In this document: positions 15,700 to 28,423 of the stretch, piece by piece
Numbering within the stretch: the stretch's first letter is position 1
How the letters are laid out: each line of letters starts with the position of its first letter
Assembly: GCF_009914755.1 (NCBI RefSeq)
Contig: NC_060942.1
From: the human T2T-CHM13v2.0 reference genome, Homo sapiens
DNA: 64,000 nt
Strand: one strand, 5' to 3'
Program-made: the position numbers and the translations under genes
Notes under the pieces: model-generated
The model's database searches: none
What the model was told of the DNA's origin: nothing
What the model saw: the letters and a program-made list of their open reading frames with translations, nothing else

Positions 15700-16400
15700 T
15701 AGTCCCCACCACACCCCTAAGCCATGATTTACATCCAAGTCTGACCCCTATCTTGCTCAGAAGTCTCCAATGAATCCCCCTTTTCTATGGTGTAAGATGG
15801 AAATGGCCTTGAATGGCACATAGGCCATTCAGGATTTGGTCCCTGCCTATCTGTCCAACCTCATCTCCTGCATTAGTCAGGCTTCTCCAGATAAACAGAA
15901 CCGATAGGATATGCATGTATGTTGAAGCCTTGGGGGCACTCTGCTTTACCCAAAGTTCAACAAGTTAAATGTTAATCTTATCTGAAAACACCTTCCAAGT
16001 GAACACGTGAAATTAACCATCACACCCCCTTTGCCCTGTATGTTCTGGCAATATTGCACCTCTTTTTAGCTTCCAAAAATGGTCCACTATCCTGCCTCTG
16101 GGCCTTTGCACACACTGTTCCTTTTGCCAGACTTATCTTTCCCCATTCTTGTCCACTCAACAGACACCAATTCTCACACTAATCCAGCCTCAGCTGCAAA
16201 GCACTCTCTCTCAGTGACCCCTTGGACCCTCACAGAGAGATTTGGGTGCTCTGTGTTGTTATTCCCATTCTATTTTGCACTTAGTTTTGTCACATCATTT
16301 ATCATGTTAATGTTGGCTGGCATATCTCCCTTCCCACTGGGAAGACAAGGGCTTATCTTTTTGTTTTTGTCTAAGTCAAGCCTTATGTTGGGTATTGGGG
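15700..16400 (+). mobile_element. L2 fragment interrupted by MLT2
   Basis: CCTGCCTATCTGTCCAACCTCATCTCC...CCTGCCTCTGGGCCTTTGCACACACTGTTCC, typical L2 3' region. Confidence 0.65.
15869..16024 (-). mobile_element. Internally deleted MLT2 LTR
   Basis: Both MLT2 termini, TGCATTAGTCAGGCTTCTCCAGATAAACAGAACC and GAAATTAACCATCACA, lie within ~155 bp. Confidence 0.7.
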
Positions 16401-16509
16401 AAAATCTCTTGGGCATTACAACCTTAACCAATGATCTTATTATAATCATCCTACCACCTCATTTTAATTACTTATAAAGTAGAGGATTGAACTGATAGAG
16501 CAGTAATCA

Positions 16510-16935
16510 CCAATTGCTTAACTTCATAGTCGTTCTCCCTCTACTTCATGTCATAGAGCTCTTAGCTGAGCCCATGGCCTCCTGGAAGTAAAACTACATT
16601 TTCCAGCAGGCTGTGCAGCTGTATGTGGCCATGTGACTGTACATCATGGCTAGTGGGATGTGAATGGGTCCTCAGCACCTTCTGGGAGACTTTCTTTTCT
16701 GTCATTTCCTCCAGCCAGCTGCCTGGAATCATAAGCCTACTATCTTGGACCATGAAGATGTGAAGCAGAGGCCAGAAGTGGTCTGCAAAGAGATGACTGT
16801 GAATCCAAGATCCACATCAGCTCTGTGCTGCCTACATCTGACTTCTCCGGGAACAAAAAGAACAAACACCACTACTCTGTTTAAGCCACCATGTTTAGAA
16901 TCTTTGTTGCTTGCAATTGAGCCTAATCATAAGGA
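16510..16935 (+). mobile_element. MLT1 (MLT1H/J-like) LTR
   Basis: ACTACATTTTCCAG...GTGGCCATGTGACT...ATCTTGGACCATGA...TGTTTAAGCCAC...TTTGTT...GAGCCTAATC. Confidence 0.65.
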
Positions 16936-19004
16936 TATATCTTGAGAAGTGCTTTCCAAATTCTCTGAGGGAAGTCAGGAGACATCATGAGCAAAGAGAG
17001 TTTAAAGAGGCTGAGTTAGCCCTCCTCACTCACTGCCATCCCAACCCAATTGTGTCTGTGCCACTTCTGTGTATTTTACCTGTTGACTTAGAGTTTGTTT
17101 GAAGATGGAAGGACTAGAAGCTCTCCCAAGTCCCATCCATTTCTGACATTCTAAACATCTGTCCATATGTATAACCATTATAAAAGGAAAGAATTCCATA
17201 AAGAGGAGGCGGATCTCCCTATCATGTGCACATAGGCAAACATGGGCATCGATGGTCATAGCCTTCATTCCTGATGGTGGAATTTCAGGCATGGTGGCAG
17301 GTGCTGGAGAAGATCTCTGTCTCCTTTGTCTATGTCTCAGGCCTGCCTGAGTGGCGTCCTCTTATTTCCTGCCCACCCTGTGCTACCCATCCCAGAGCTG
17401 GGTAGGTAGCAGGTATTTAGGGGATGTTGACTGGATATGCTGAATGAACATGGGCTGAATGAGCCCATGCTGGCATCTCCATACTAACTTTTGTACATTA
17501 AGTGCTCTCACTGGCTGTCTCAAATGAGCTGTGGGTTTGTTTCTTGGCAGTTCTGTAGTTGTGGCCTTATTTCTTCCCATTCTTACGCCAGGAGTCTTTG
17601 TGGCAGGCTGGAAATTCTGCCCAGCACCAAGCCCATAGCAGAGACAGCAGACATCGGAAACAGGCTGGACCTGCAGTGGCCGCGCCTGTGTGGTGCATGC
17701 GTATGCATTCATGGTTTCTCCTCTTCTGTCTCTCCGGGGCTGGTGTCACTCTGCCCAGGAGTTCACCCAGGCGGCTCAGAAGGGTGGCTGCTGTGGAACG
17801 TGATAAATTTAGAGCACCAGGAAGTTGGGAAGCTGCAGCCATCAGCAGCTGAAGCAGACGGGGGCAGAACTGAATGGTCTCTTCTGGGTTTTTAATGAAG
17901 CCGCCCTAACTCCCCAGTCCCTGTGGCTTTTATCGGGTGCTATTAGTAACCCTTTTGTACAGATGGTAAAGCAGAAGCACAAAGAGGTTCAGCAGCTTGC
18001 GTGTGACCCCTTAGCCTCAAAGTGACTGTCCAGTTCATTTTTCACCCCTACTTATCTGTTGATCCAGCAGGTGTGGAAGTGCTTTGCAAACTGTAGGATG
18101 TAATCTATGTGGAAGGAATTGCTGCTGTTAGTGCTCGTCTTTCAGAGAGAGCAGTGGCAGTTGGCACCACCCCTTATAAGCTGAGACCTACTTCATCTTC
18201 CTGGGTCCCATTCATGCAGCCAAGATGGAGTGAGTGTGTGAGCAAATGTGCATGTGTGTATAAGCATGTGTGTATACACGCCTGTGTGAGGGTACCCTGC
18301 CTGCAGCTTTAGCCGAGGCTGTCATTTCTGATGCAGGAGAACCTGCACTTTGCCCCATCTCCACAGTTCGTTATTTTCCAGCTGGGCGCCTGTCACCAGC
18401 ACTCGGGAAGCACGTGTCAGCTGGGCCTGAAGGATGGCTTAGCCAGTCGAGGGGCTCTGGCAGGGGTGGGGACCGTGACCTGGGGCCAGGATTAGGTGGG
18501 GCAAGGAAGTCTGCCCAGTTGCCCTAGTGATGTGGGGGTGGCCCCAGGAGACGTGCCTTGCCCCTGCTCCTACCCCGGGGCTCTGCTTCCTGCCTGTCAG
18601 GTGAGTATGAGGGAGATGGGCTGATTCGATGGGGGTAGAGAGGCGGGCCACGTGAGCTCTGCCCTGGGGTCAGCCTCCATTCATCACTTTCTCTGACACC
18701 TTTCTGCTGCAGCTTCTCTCTTTCGGTGAAAGGGAAGGTAGGAGGAGGGGAAGGTAAGGAGGGGAAACTTCCAGAGCCTTCAGGGCCTGAGGGGTTGGTG
18801 ACATGGGGATGAGGCTTAGATTTAGGACCAGGGATCTGGGCCAGCCTTAGAAAAATTAGTGAAGGGGCAACACCTGGGCCCAGGAGGCCAAAGACCTGGG
18901 TGTCCTAGCAGTGTTGCCTCAGAGTTCTTCACAGTGGTCCTGCAGCCAAAGCCTGAGCTCCAGCCTGGGCGCCCATAAGCTGGGCGCCCATATAAAAGGC
19001 ACTG

Positions 19005-19150
19005 GGAAACTTCACCTCTCTGTGCCTTAGTTTCCTCATCTGTAGAAGGGAAATATTAATAGTCTCTGCCTTATAGGGCATTATGAGGGCTAAATGACTT
19101 AGAATGGGACTTGGCCTTAGGAGGGATTTGATAAAGGGTAGCTGCTATTA
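19005..19150 (+). mobile_element. MIR
   Basis: Core CTTCACCTCTCTGTGCCTTAGTTTCCTCATCTGTA. Confidence 0.75.
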
Positions 19151-19781
19151 TCACTGTTGTTACTTTGGTTGAGGCTGTACCCTTAACCCACCATGGAGAC
19201 CTTGGTCAAGAGGCTCTCATCTCTGTAGGCCTAACGTTGGCTGCATAAGCTCCCCAAGCCCTCTCAGCCATTGCTGTATGAGGGGGACAGTAATTCCTTC
19301 CCATAAGCCCAGCAACAGAGAGGGGTCCTACATAAGGGACAAGTAGGAAGCAAGGGGGCATTGGTGATGCGATGACTTGGAAAGGCCCTTCCACTGCCTG
19401 TGGGAAGAGGTGGTCTGCTTTTGGAACTTCCAGCCTTTTTCATGATCCCCCAATACAGCTCCATCTGTAACCTTCTCCTAGAATTTTTCTTATAGCCAGT
19501 TGTGAGATTGGGGACCAAGCTGACAAGATAATGCCTTCAGGGTGAGCCTTGTTCTGCACATGGCATTTTCAAGGGAGATCTGGAAGACTGAAAAATCCTT
19601 GGAGGCCTGATAGGCTGGCATGCTAACAGTGGCATTCCAGACCTTGTGGTAGGTACAGTTGGGGCAAGCTAGGTTTTTCTAGGGAAGAGCCTGTTCAATG
19701 CCTCCCTAATCATACCTTATAGGCAGCTGATCTTCAGGCATGCCCATGCTTGGATGCCTGTAGCTATTTTACCTGTTTGCT

Positions 19782-19882
19782 TTCCTCCTTCTCTCTCTCC
19801 CTCCTCCACCATTTCCTTCCTTCCCTCCCTTCCTTCCCTCCCTCTCTTCCTCCTTTTCTTCCTTCTTTTCTCTCTCTCTTTT
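19782..19882. repeat. (TTCC/TCCC)n polypyrimidine low-complexity tract
   Basis: Directly visible ~100-bp C/T-only run. Confidence 0.85.
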
Positions 19883-20806
19883 ATCTTGGATATGTGATAT
19901 TAATATGCCAGGTAGTTGTCCTAAAACCCAATCTGGGTTAAACTGAACTCCAACTGCCCATGCATGTGTGCACGTGTTTGCATGTGACTTACCCCGAAGC
20001 TTGGTAGGCTTTTGGAGAACACTGCACTTATATCCATCATTTTGTAGAATAAACTGAGGATTGGGAAGGTGGAAGATTTCCCCAAAGCCACATGGCCAGT
20101 TACAGGTAGGGCTGAATAGAACCAAGGTCTCTTTCCTCCTGTAAGTATCTTTCCAGGATATCAAGTTCCTCATTTCATAAATGAGAAAACAGCAGCCCAG
20201 AGGGGTTGAGTGACTTACCTAAGGCCACACAGCCAGGGCGTTTATCTGTCCTCTCTACCCATGATTCTCCAGAGATTCCAGTTTTCCCTAAGTGCCTATA
20301 GACTGACAGTGAGGGCCCTTGGGTAAAGTGCCCCATTAGCAGGGAAATGGCTAATTTCCCCTGGATTCCCTCTGACTCTCTAGGTTTGAGCAGACTCTGC
20401 TTCTGAGGGCTGAGTATTTATTTCCTTCTGGAGTCAAGCAGCCTTGCTGAAGTGCAGACTTTGATGTGGGTCCTCTGCCCTCCTCCCTATGTGACTGCCC
20501 TGCTTCCCCAGCCTTTCCAGCCTGGAGTGCACACCAAGCCTCCCTCTAGCTCACAGGCTCAACTGCAATCTGGAACAGGCCCTGTTCCAGCCTGCCACAG
20601 GCTCTGGGCTGTACATGTTCATAGTGGATAATTTTATTTAATTCTCCAATGACCCTCTAATAATAATATTATTTTTTATAATTTACAAGTGTAAAAATCA
20701 AGGCATAAAGAGTTTTAATGTAATCTGTTCAAGAGCATGCTGTAAATGAGTGTTAGTAGGTGGTAGAACCAACATATCAATTTATGCTATACTCCAGCCT
20801 CTTTTT

Positions 20807-23078
20807 TATTTTTTGTACTTATTTATTCATAATTTCAACTTTTATTTTTAGATTCAGGGAGTATATGTGAAAGTTTGTTGCATGGGTATATTGTGTGATG
20901 CTATGTGTTGGGGTACAAATAATCCCATTACCCATGTAGTGAGCCTAGTACCCAACATGAGTTTTCCAACCCTTAACCACCTCCATCCCTCTAGTAGCCC
21001 CCAGTGTCTATTGTTGCCATCTTTATGTTTATGAGTACCCAGTATTTACCTCCCGCTTATAAGTGAGAATATGCTGTATTTGGTTTTCTGCTCCTGCATT
21101 AATTCATTTAGAATTATGGCCTCCAGCTGCATCCATTTTCTGCAAAGGAAATAATTTTGTTCTTTCTTATGGCTGCATAGTATTCTGGGGTGTGTATATG
21201 CCACATCTTCTTTATCCAATCCACTGCTGATAGGCACCTAGGTTGATTCCATGTCTTTGCTATTGTGAATAGTGCTGCAGTAAACATGCAAGTGCAGGTG
21301 TCCTTTTGGCAGAAGGATTTCTTTTCCTTTGGGTATATACACAGTAATAGGATTGCTGGGTTGAATGGTAGTTCTATTTTCAGTTATTTGAGAAATCTCT
21401 GAACTACTTTCCACAGGGGCTGAACTGTTTTACATTCCCACCAACAGTGTATAAGCATTCCCTTTTCTCTGTAGCCTCACTAGCATCTGTTGCTTTTTGA
21501 CTATTTAATAGTAGCCATTCTGAATGTGTATGAGATGGTATCTCATTGTGGTTTTGATTTGCATTTCTCTGACGATTAGTGATGTTGGGCATTTTTTCAT
21601 ATGTTTGCTGGGCCCTTGTATGTCTTTTTTTGGGAAGTGTCTGTTCATGTCTTCTGTTCACTTTTTAATGGAGTTTGTTTTTGCTTCTTGAATTGTTTAA
21701 GTTCCTTACAGATTCTGGATATTAGGCCTCTGTCAGATACATAGTTTGTGAATATTTTCTCCCATTTTGTAGGTTGTCTGTTTACTCTGTTGATAGTTTG
21801 TTTTGCTGTGCAGAAAGCTCTTTAGTTTAATTAGGTCCAGCTTGTCAATTTTTATTTTTGTTGCAATTGCTTTTGAGGACTTAGTCAGAAATTATTTCCC
21901 AAGGCTGAGGTACAGAATGGTGTTTCCTAGGTTTTCTTCTAGGATTCTTACAGTCTGTGGTCTTATATTCCAATATTTAATTCATCTTGAGTTAATTTTG
22001 TATATGGTGATATGTAGCGGTCCAGTTTCATTCTTCTGCATATAGCTAGCCAGCTATTCCAGCAGCATTGATGGAATAGGGAGTCCTTTCAGCATTGCTT
22101 ATTTTTGTTGACCTTGTTGAAGAGCAGATGGCTATAGGTGTGGAGCCTTATGCCTTGGTTCTCTATTCTGTTCCATTGGCCTATGTGTCTCTTCTTATAC
22201 TAGTACCATGCTGTTTTGGTTATTGTAGCTTTATAGTATAGTTTGAAGTCAGATAGTATGATGCCTTCAGGCTTGTTCTCAGAATTAAAAATAAAAACCA
22301 TATTATCATCTTAATATACACAGTATAAGCCTTCAATAAAATCCAACGTCCATTCATGATAAAAACTTTCAACAAACTAGGCATCAAGGAACATACCTCT
22401 AAATAGTGAGAGCTATCTATGATAAATCCAAAGCCAATATCATACTGAATGGGCAAAAGCTGGAAGCATTCCCCTTGAGAACTGGAACAAGACAAAAATG
22501 CCCACTCTCACCAATCCTATTCAACATGGTATTGAAAGTCTTAGCCAGAGCAATTAGGCAAGAGAAGGAAATAAAAGGCACCTAAATAGGAAAAGAAGAA
22601 GTCAACTATCTCTCTTTGCTGATGATATGATTCTATACCTAGAAAACCATAAAGGCTCCATCAAAAAGCTCCTGGAATTGATAAACGACTTCAGTAAATT
22701 TTTAGAATACAAGGTCAATGTATAAAAATCAGTAGCATTTCTATACGCCAATAATGTTCAAGCTGAGAGCCAACCAAGAAGGCAATCACATTTACAATAG
22801 CGACCAAAACTAAAATACCTAGGAATATGTCTAACTAAAGAGGTGAAAGATCTCTACAAGGAGAATTACAAAACACTATTGAAAGAAATCATAGATGACA
22901 CAAACAAATGGAAACACATCCCATGCTCATGGATTGGAAGAATCAATATCATAAAAATGACCATACTGCCCAGGGTGATCTACAGATTCAACACTATTCC
23001 TATCTAATTACCAGCATCATTTTTCACAGAAATAAAAACTATTCCAAAATTCATATGGAACCAAAAAAGAGCCCAATC
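20807..23078 (-). mobile_element. Primate L1 (L1PA15/16- or L1PB-like), 5'-truncated and 5'-inverted
   Basis: Antisense 3'UTR/ORF2 end at 20807-~22279 joined to a sense ORF2 RT segment at ~22280-23078. TSD CCAG(C/A)CTCTTTTT at 20794-20806 and 23079-23091. Confidence 0.92.
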
Positions 23079-23529
23079 CCAGACTCTTTTTAATGGTTTT
23101 CTAGTACTTGACCCCAGCCCAAGATGGCATTGCAGCTTGCTCTGTTTAGCTCTTGGCTGGTGGTGTTCCTGCTAGGTTTTATTTTTTATTTTTTGGAAAG
23201 GTTTTAGAGTTTTGCTATTTTACATTTAGGTGTTTAATCCACATGGAATTTATTTTTCCATATGATATGCAGCAGATATCTCGTCCTGAGGCCTTGCAGT
23301 CATTCTGCAGTTCTGCTGTCTAGTCTTCTGACTGCCTGGAGCAGACACCAAAACCCATTTGTATTTGTTTAGACATTGGCTGGTGTTGTCTCTGCAAGTT
23401 TCTCACAGGGACCTAGAACAACTGTTGGCTAAGGGCAGAGCCCATATTTGTCCTGACAGCCAGTCCTAATCATGGAATTTAAATGTCAGAAAGGTTCTTT
23501 AAAACAGTGTACTTCAAACACTCTCATGT

Positions 23530-25000
23530 TGTTTTCTTTTCGCAAGCAAGCTTTATTGTACTTTTCTTCAAAAGTGACAACTCACATTAGAGAAAGCTCA
23601 GAAAACATAAGGTAAGCAAAATAAATAAATAAACACAACTACTCGTAATCCTACCTCCTCCAGAGATAATTCTGATAAATGTTTTGGTCTATATTCTTTT
23701 CACCCTTTAAAAAATGAAATATTTTACTTGAAATTATGACAGTACAGGGGATAATATAGAAGACACTCATATGTCCACTACCGAGGTGTGACAGGATGTT
23801 TTATTTGCTACTCATTTTACTAAATGAAACGTAATATAATTGAGGCTTCCTTTGTTTCCCACTCCACACTGCCACCATTTTCTCCTTTCTGGAGGTAACT
23901 CCAATTTTGAATTCAGAGAGCATCTTTCCTGCCCAGTTTTTATACTTTGCCACATTGATAAGTTTTCATCCATAACAATGTAGGGTTGCTTTGTGTGAAT
24001 TTTACGTGAATGCCACCATCCAGTTCACATAATCCTCCAACTTTCTGCTTTTCCTCAGTATTACATTTTTGAGATTAACTGTGGTGTTACTTGTAGATCT
24101 AGTGAATTAGTTTTTACTGCTGTATAGGGTTCCATTGTATGATTATACTCCTATACTATACTATAGCAGTACTATACTATAGTGTCATATAGTATGCTAT
24201 GTTACTATACTATGCTTTTCCAGTCTACTGGTGATCCAGTTGACAACAAGAATTATCAATGTCTGATTGTAACAAATGATGCTGCAAGGAATATATTTGT
24301 CTAGATCTCCTTGTATAGAGAGAGAAATTGCTGAGTCATGAGATATTAACAGTTTCAGCTTTACCAGTTATTGTTCAAATAGCTGTGCCCATTTACATAC
24401 CTATTTGAAGCATGTGAGAGTCTCCATGCCATTACACCTTGGATAAAACTAGGTATTATAAGGCTTTTCAATTTTTTGTAATCTGCTGGGTATAAACTGG
24501 TATCTTATTGCCATTTTAAATTGAGACCTCTCTAATTATTAATGAGGTTGAACATCTCATAAGTTTGTCAATCATTCTCCTCTTTTGTGGATTGCATTTA
24601 ATGTATTTAATGTATTTGTCTTTCTAATATATTTGTAAAATTCTTAGATATTCTGGCTACTCTTTCATTTTTCATCATGAGGGCTGTAGATATCTTCTTC
24701 CAGGTCGTAGCTTCATTTTTCACTTTGTTAGGGTGTGTGTGTGTGGGTTTTAAGGTGCTTCAGTTTGTCAGATGTTTCCTTTATGGTTTTTGCTTTTCAC
24801 ATTTTGTTAAGAAAGTTCTTCCTAAACTAAACCCATACAGATATACTTCTATAGTTTTTCTTTCTTTTTTTGGAAAGCTTTTAGAGTTTTGCTATTTTAC
24901 ATTTAGGTGTTCACGTGGAATTTATTTTTCTGTATGATATGCAGCAGAAATTTAATTTCATCTTCTTCCATTTGACTGGCCAATTGTCTCAGTACTGTTT
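23530..25000 (-). mobile_element. L1ME-like 3' fragment with internal (TATAC)n simple repeat (~24140-24212)
   Basis: Old L1 3' motifs: GGAGGTAACT, TTTTACTGCTGTATAG..TTCCATTGTATG, GCTGCAAGGAATAT, TGGTATCTTATTG. Confidence 0.75.
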
Positions 25001-25130
25001 CAACTCTTTGACATTACATATGACAAAACAGAGGTCCAGAGAGGTGGAGGGACTTGCTTACGGTCACACAATGACTTTGTGGTGAGATTGTGACAGGGAA
25101 CAAAGTTTTCTTAACTCCCAACCCAGTGCG
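25000..25130 (-). mobile_element. MIR
   Basis: AAAACAGAGGTCCAGAGAGGTGGAGGGACTTGCTTACGGTCACACA. Confidence 0.65.
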
Positions 25131-25421
25131 CCCACACAACGATACTACTGTGTTACAAAATTTTATCTTGGACTATTTTCTACTATCCTAATATAGAAAT
25201 CCATAAATATGATTATAAATGTCTTGAAAGTGGGGATTCTGTCCTTTTCTCCTGCCACCTCTATGTACTTACTTAGTGCAAGGCCGAATATCTGGCAGGC
25301 ACTCAGGAAGACATTGCTAAAAATAAATCAGTTAATTCAACAGATTGATTCTATAATAATCAGTTCTTTTAAATTCAGCTCTTTGTTTCATCTCATATAG
25401 GTTTCTATATTTAGACATATC

Positions 25422-25760
25422 CCTTCATTCAACAAACATTTACTGAATACCTATCATGTTCCTGGCACTGTGTCAGCTGCTAGAGATTAAAAGAGGAGTA
25501 AGATGTGTTTCCTGCTCTCAAGGAGCTTAAAGTGTAGTGAGAGAGACTGAAAAGTCAACCAGTAATGGTATGAACGTGCTATTAAACAGTATGTAATGGG
25601 AGACAGGAGGAGATAAAATCTGCTAAAAAATCAGGAAGGCTTTCTGATAGAGGAGACACTTGAGCCTTTAAGAGTGAGGAAGTGTGATTCATTTGCCAAG
25701 GGTGGAGAAGGTGTAATATTCAGAAGAAACATCATGAGCAAAGGCAGAAATCTAAGGTAC
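25422..25760 (-). mobile_element. L2 3' end
   Basis: TTCATTCAACAAACATTTACTGAATACCTATCATGTTCCTGGCACTGTG...CCTGCTCTCAAGGAGCTT. Confidence 0.8.
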
Positions 25761-27483
25761 TCAGCCACAGTTCACTGTGACATGAACATAAAATAATTAG
25801 TCAACCAAATGACATTTGTTCGTTTTTAAAAGGCCCCTGCTTCCTGGGTGTTTCTAGCCTAACTCAGATTTGACCACAGCCAAACACGGCATCCCAAATG
25901 CTGCCTGCCTTGTCATTGACTAAACCATGTGTATTTAGGGGCTCTATTTTGTAATTTTCCCTTGTCTAAAGTGGACACCAACTTTTTGTGGAGGAGTATG
26001 GCTTTCTCCTTGTTTTATGTTTGTAAATTGACCTTCCCATTTTTGCCATCATTTCTGTTACCAGTGCTATTATTCTGGGCCTCTCTCATGCAGCCAGAAT
26101 AACATGTGAGACACCAGCCTGGAGTGACAGTGTGCCTGACAAAAACAGAAATAGCCCAGCTCATATTATTTCCAAAAGAATTATCCCCTGGAGGTGATTT
26201 TTAATTTGGGGGTTTTGCTGCAAAATGGAAACCTGACTACTAAGGTTGCTTTGCAACCCAAATGCTTCTCCTACCAATCAATTATCAAAATGAGACTTGC
26301 TGGATACTGTAGCAAGTCTTTCCGGGCTTTCTCCTTTAATGGGTCAAGTCCAAGTTGCCTCCTTTATTGGGAAGAGCTGGGGGCAACTGCACAGTTTAAT
26401 TTGCTAGTTAGGGGGAAGGGAAGATGGCAGGCGGGGTAGGGAGGGGAAGGTTCTCACATGCAAATAAAGAAAAGCACAAAAGGTAGGCAGAGCAGCCCTA
26501 AATTAGAGCTAGTCACCTCAGCTGGGCAGCAGTGACGCGATGGTGGTTGGTTGTAAGGGATTAAGAATTCAACCTGGGAATAAGATTAGGGTTTATGCAC
26601 AGCAGAAGCAAACTTGCACAAAGATTAATTGGTATCTATTGGGTACTGGTATGAGGCATTTATGCTATTTTGGTATTTTTTTGGGACTTGAGGGAAAAAA
26701 GAAAGGAGATAGAGACAGAAGCAAAGTTGAATGTGGAAATCCAGAGAGGCCTTTTCTTGGTATTAGGATTTCATGAAATTTTACTCCCAGCCACAGCAGG
26801 GAGAAGGAGGTGGCCTCAGAGCCTTGATGGGCTTGAAAATGAATTCTGTGTTGCCTCCATTGTGAGCCTTGCATGTGCTATTTAAACTTTGACATGTCAT
26901 AAATCCAGTAGCAGCAAACAGAAGGGCACTGGCTTGCTGTCCACTTTTATTTGCACGGCTGCAGGAAATGATGTTAGCATGTGAAAGTGGTAGGCACTGC
27001 AAACCACTCAGTCTGAGGGACTCGGGGGCTGGACCTGGGGACCCTAAGATGCAGGCTTGGGGGCCACTGTGTGATTTAGGGCATCCAGCCTACTGTGTCT
27101 AGATGGCATCTGCCTGACTCTGGCTTAGGATCAGGGCATCCCCCTACCTCCCAGAACAACCCTTACTTCAGGGGAATTAGTGTATGTGTTTCTAAGCTGT
27201 AATAAAACTTCGTGGTTTCCATCTGTGTATAATCAGCTATCTTTTACTTAGCTCCTTGGGGACAGGACCATGTCTTGTTCATGCCTTTGTCCTCAGTGTG
27301 ACCACAGCATGAGACAGTTGGTGTTTGTCTAGATCATATTTGTTAAATGGATGAAATGGATGGAAAAGTTGGGGCTGCACCAGAGCTTTCCATGGGGCAG
27401 ATGTCGTCAGTCTGTATTGGATTTAGCAGTCATTTAAGTGCAGTGTTGACTTAATAATTTGAGGAGCTCTAAAAGACCTTCCT

Positions 27484-27784
<301 letters not shown>

Positions 27785-28004
27785 GAGGACTTTCCTGTGT
27801 CCAACATCTCATTCTTGGCCTCCTTGTCTGCTTGGACTTTCCCCCTTAGTCCAATACCTCGTGCATATCAAGAGTCTCCGTTTCATTTGTGCCTCTTCAT
27901 TTTTCAGTAACTAACAAAAACGTCTTGTTTTAGAATCCAAGGACTGTAAATCAGCTCTAGGTTTTGTATGGGGCCTAATGTTTTCTTTTGATAGCATGAG
28001 CAAC

Positions 28005-28423
28005 TGATATGGTTTGGATATGTGTTCCCACCCAACTCTCATATTGAAATGTAATCCCCAATGCTGGAGGTGGGGCCTGGTGGGAGGTGATTGGATAATA
28101 GGGGCGGTTTCTCATGAATGGTTCAGCACCACCCTCCCAGTGCTGTTCTCATGATATCATGAGATCTGGTTGTTTTAAAAGAGTGTAGCACCAGCCTGCT
28201 CTCTCCCTTCCTCCTGCTCCAACCATGTGAGGTGCTGCTTACCCTTTGCCTTCTGCCGTGATTGAGTTTCTTGAGGACTCCCCAGAAGCTGAGCAGATAC
28301 CAGCATCATGCTTCCTGTAGAGCCTGTGGAACTGTGAACCAATTAAACCTTTTTTTTTTTTTTTTTAATAAATTACTCAACCTCAGGTATTTCTTTGTAG
28401 CAGTTTGAGAACAGACTAATACA
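28005..28423 (+). mobile_element. MST (MSTA/MSTB) solo LTR
   Basis: TGATATGGTTTGGAT...GAACAGACTAATACA, 419 bp, with perfect 5-bp TSD GCAAC (28000-28004, 28424-28428). Confidence 0.93.

Noticed and set aside
17383-17895. Cluster of overlapping 90-134-aa ORFs (similar clusters at ~53640-54000 and ~61246-61653)
   Set aside because: No recognisable domain, mostly non-ATG starts and overlap on both strands, as expected in moderately GC-rich non-coding DNA.
18597-18608. Consensus splice donors (CAGGTGAGT here and at ~59772; similar at ~57571 and ~60899)
   Set aside because: No matching acceptor or ORF could be tied to them. Such motifs are expected by chance in 64 kb. lncRNA exons cannot be excluded without RNA data.
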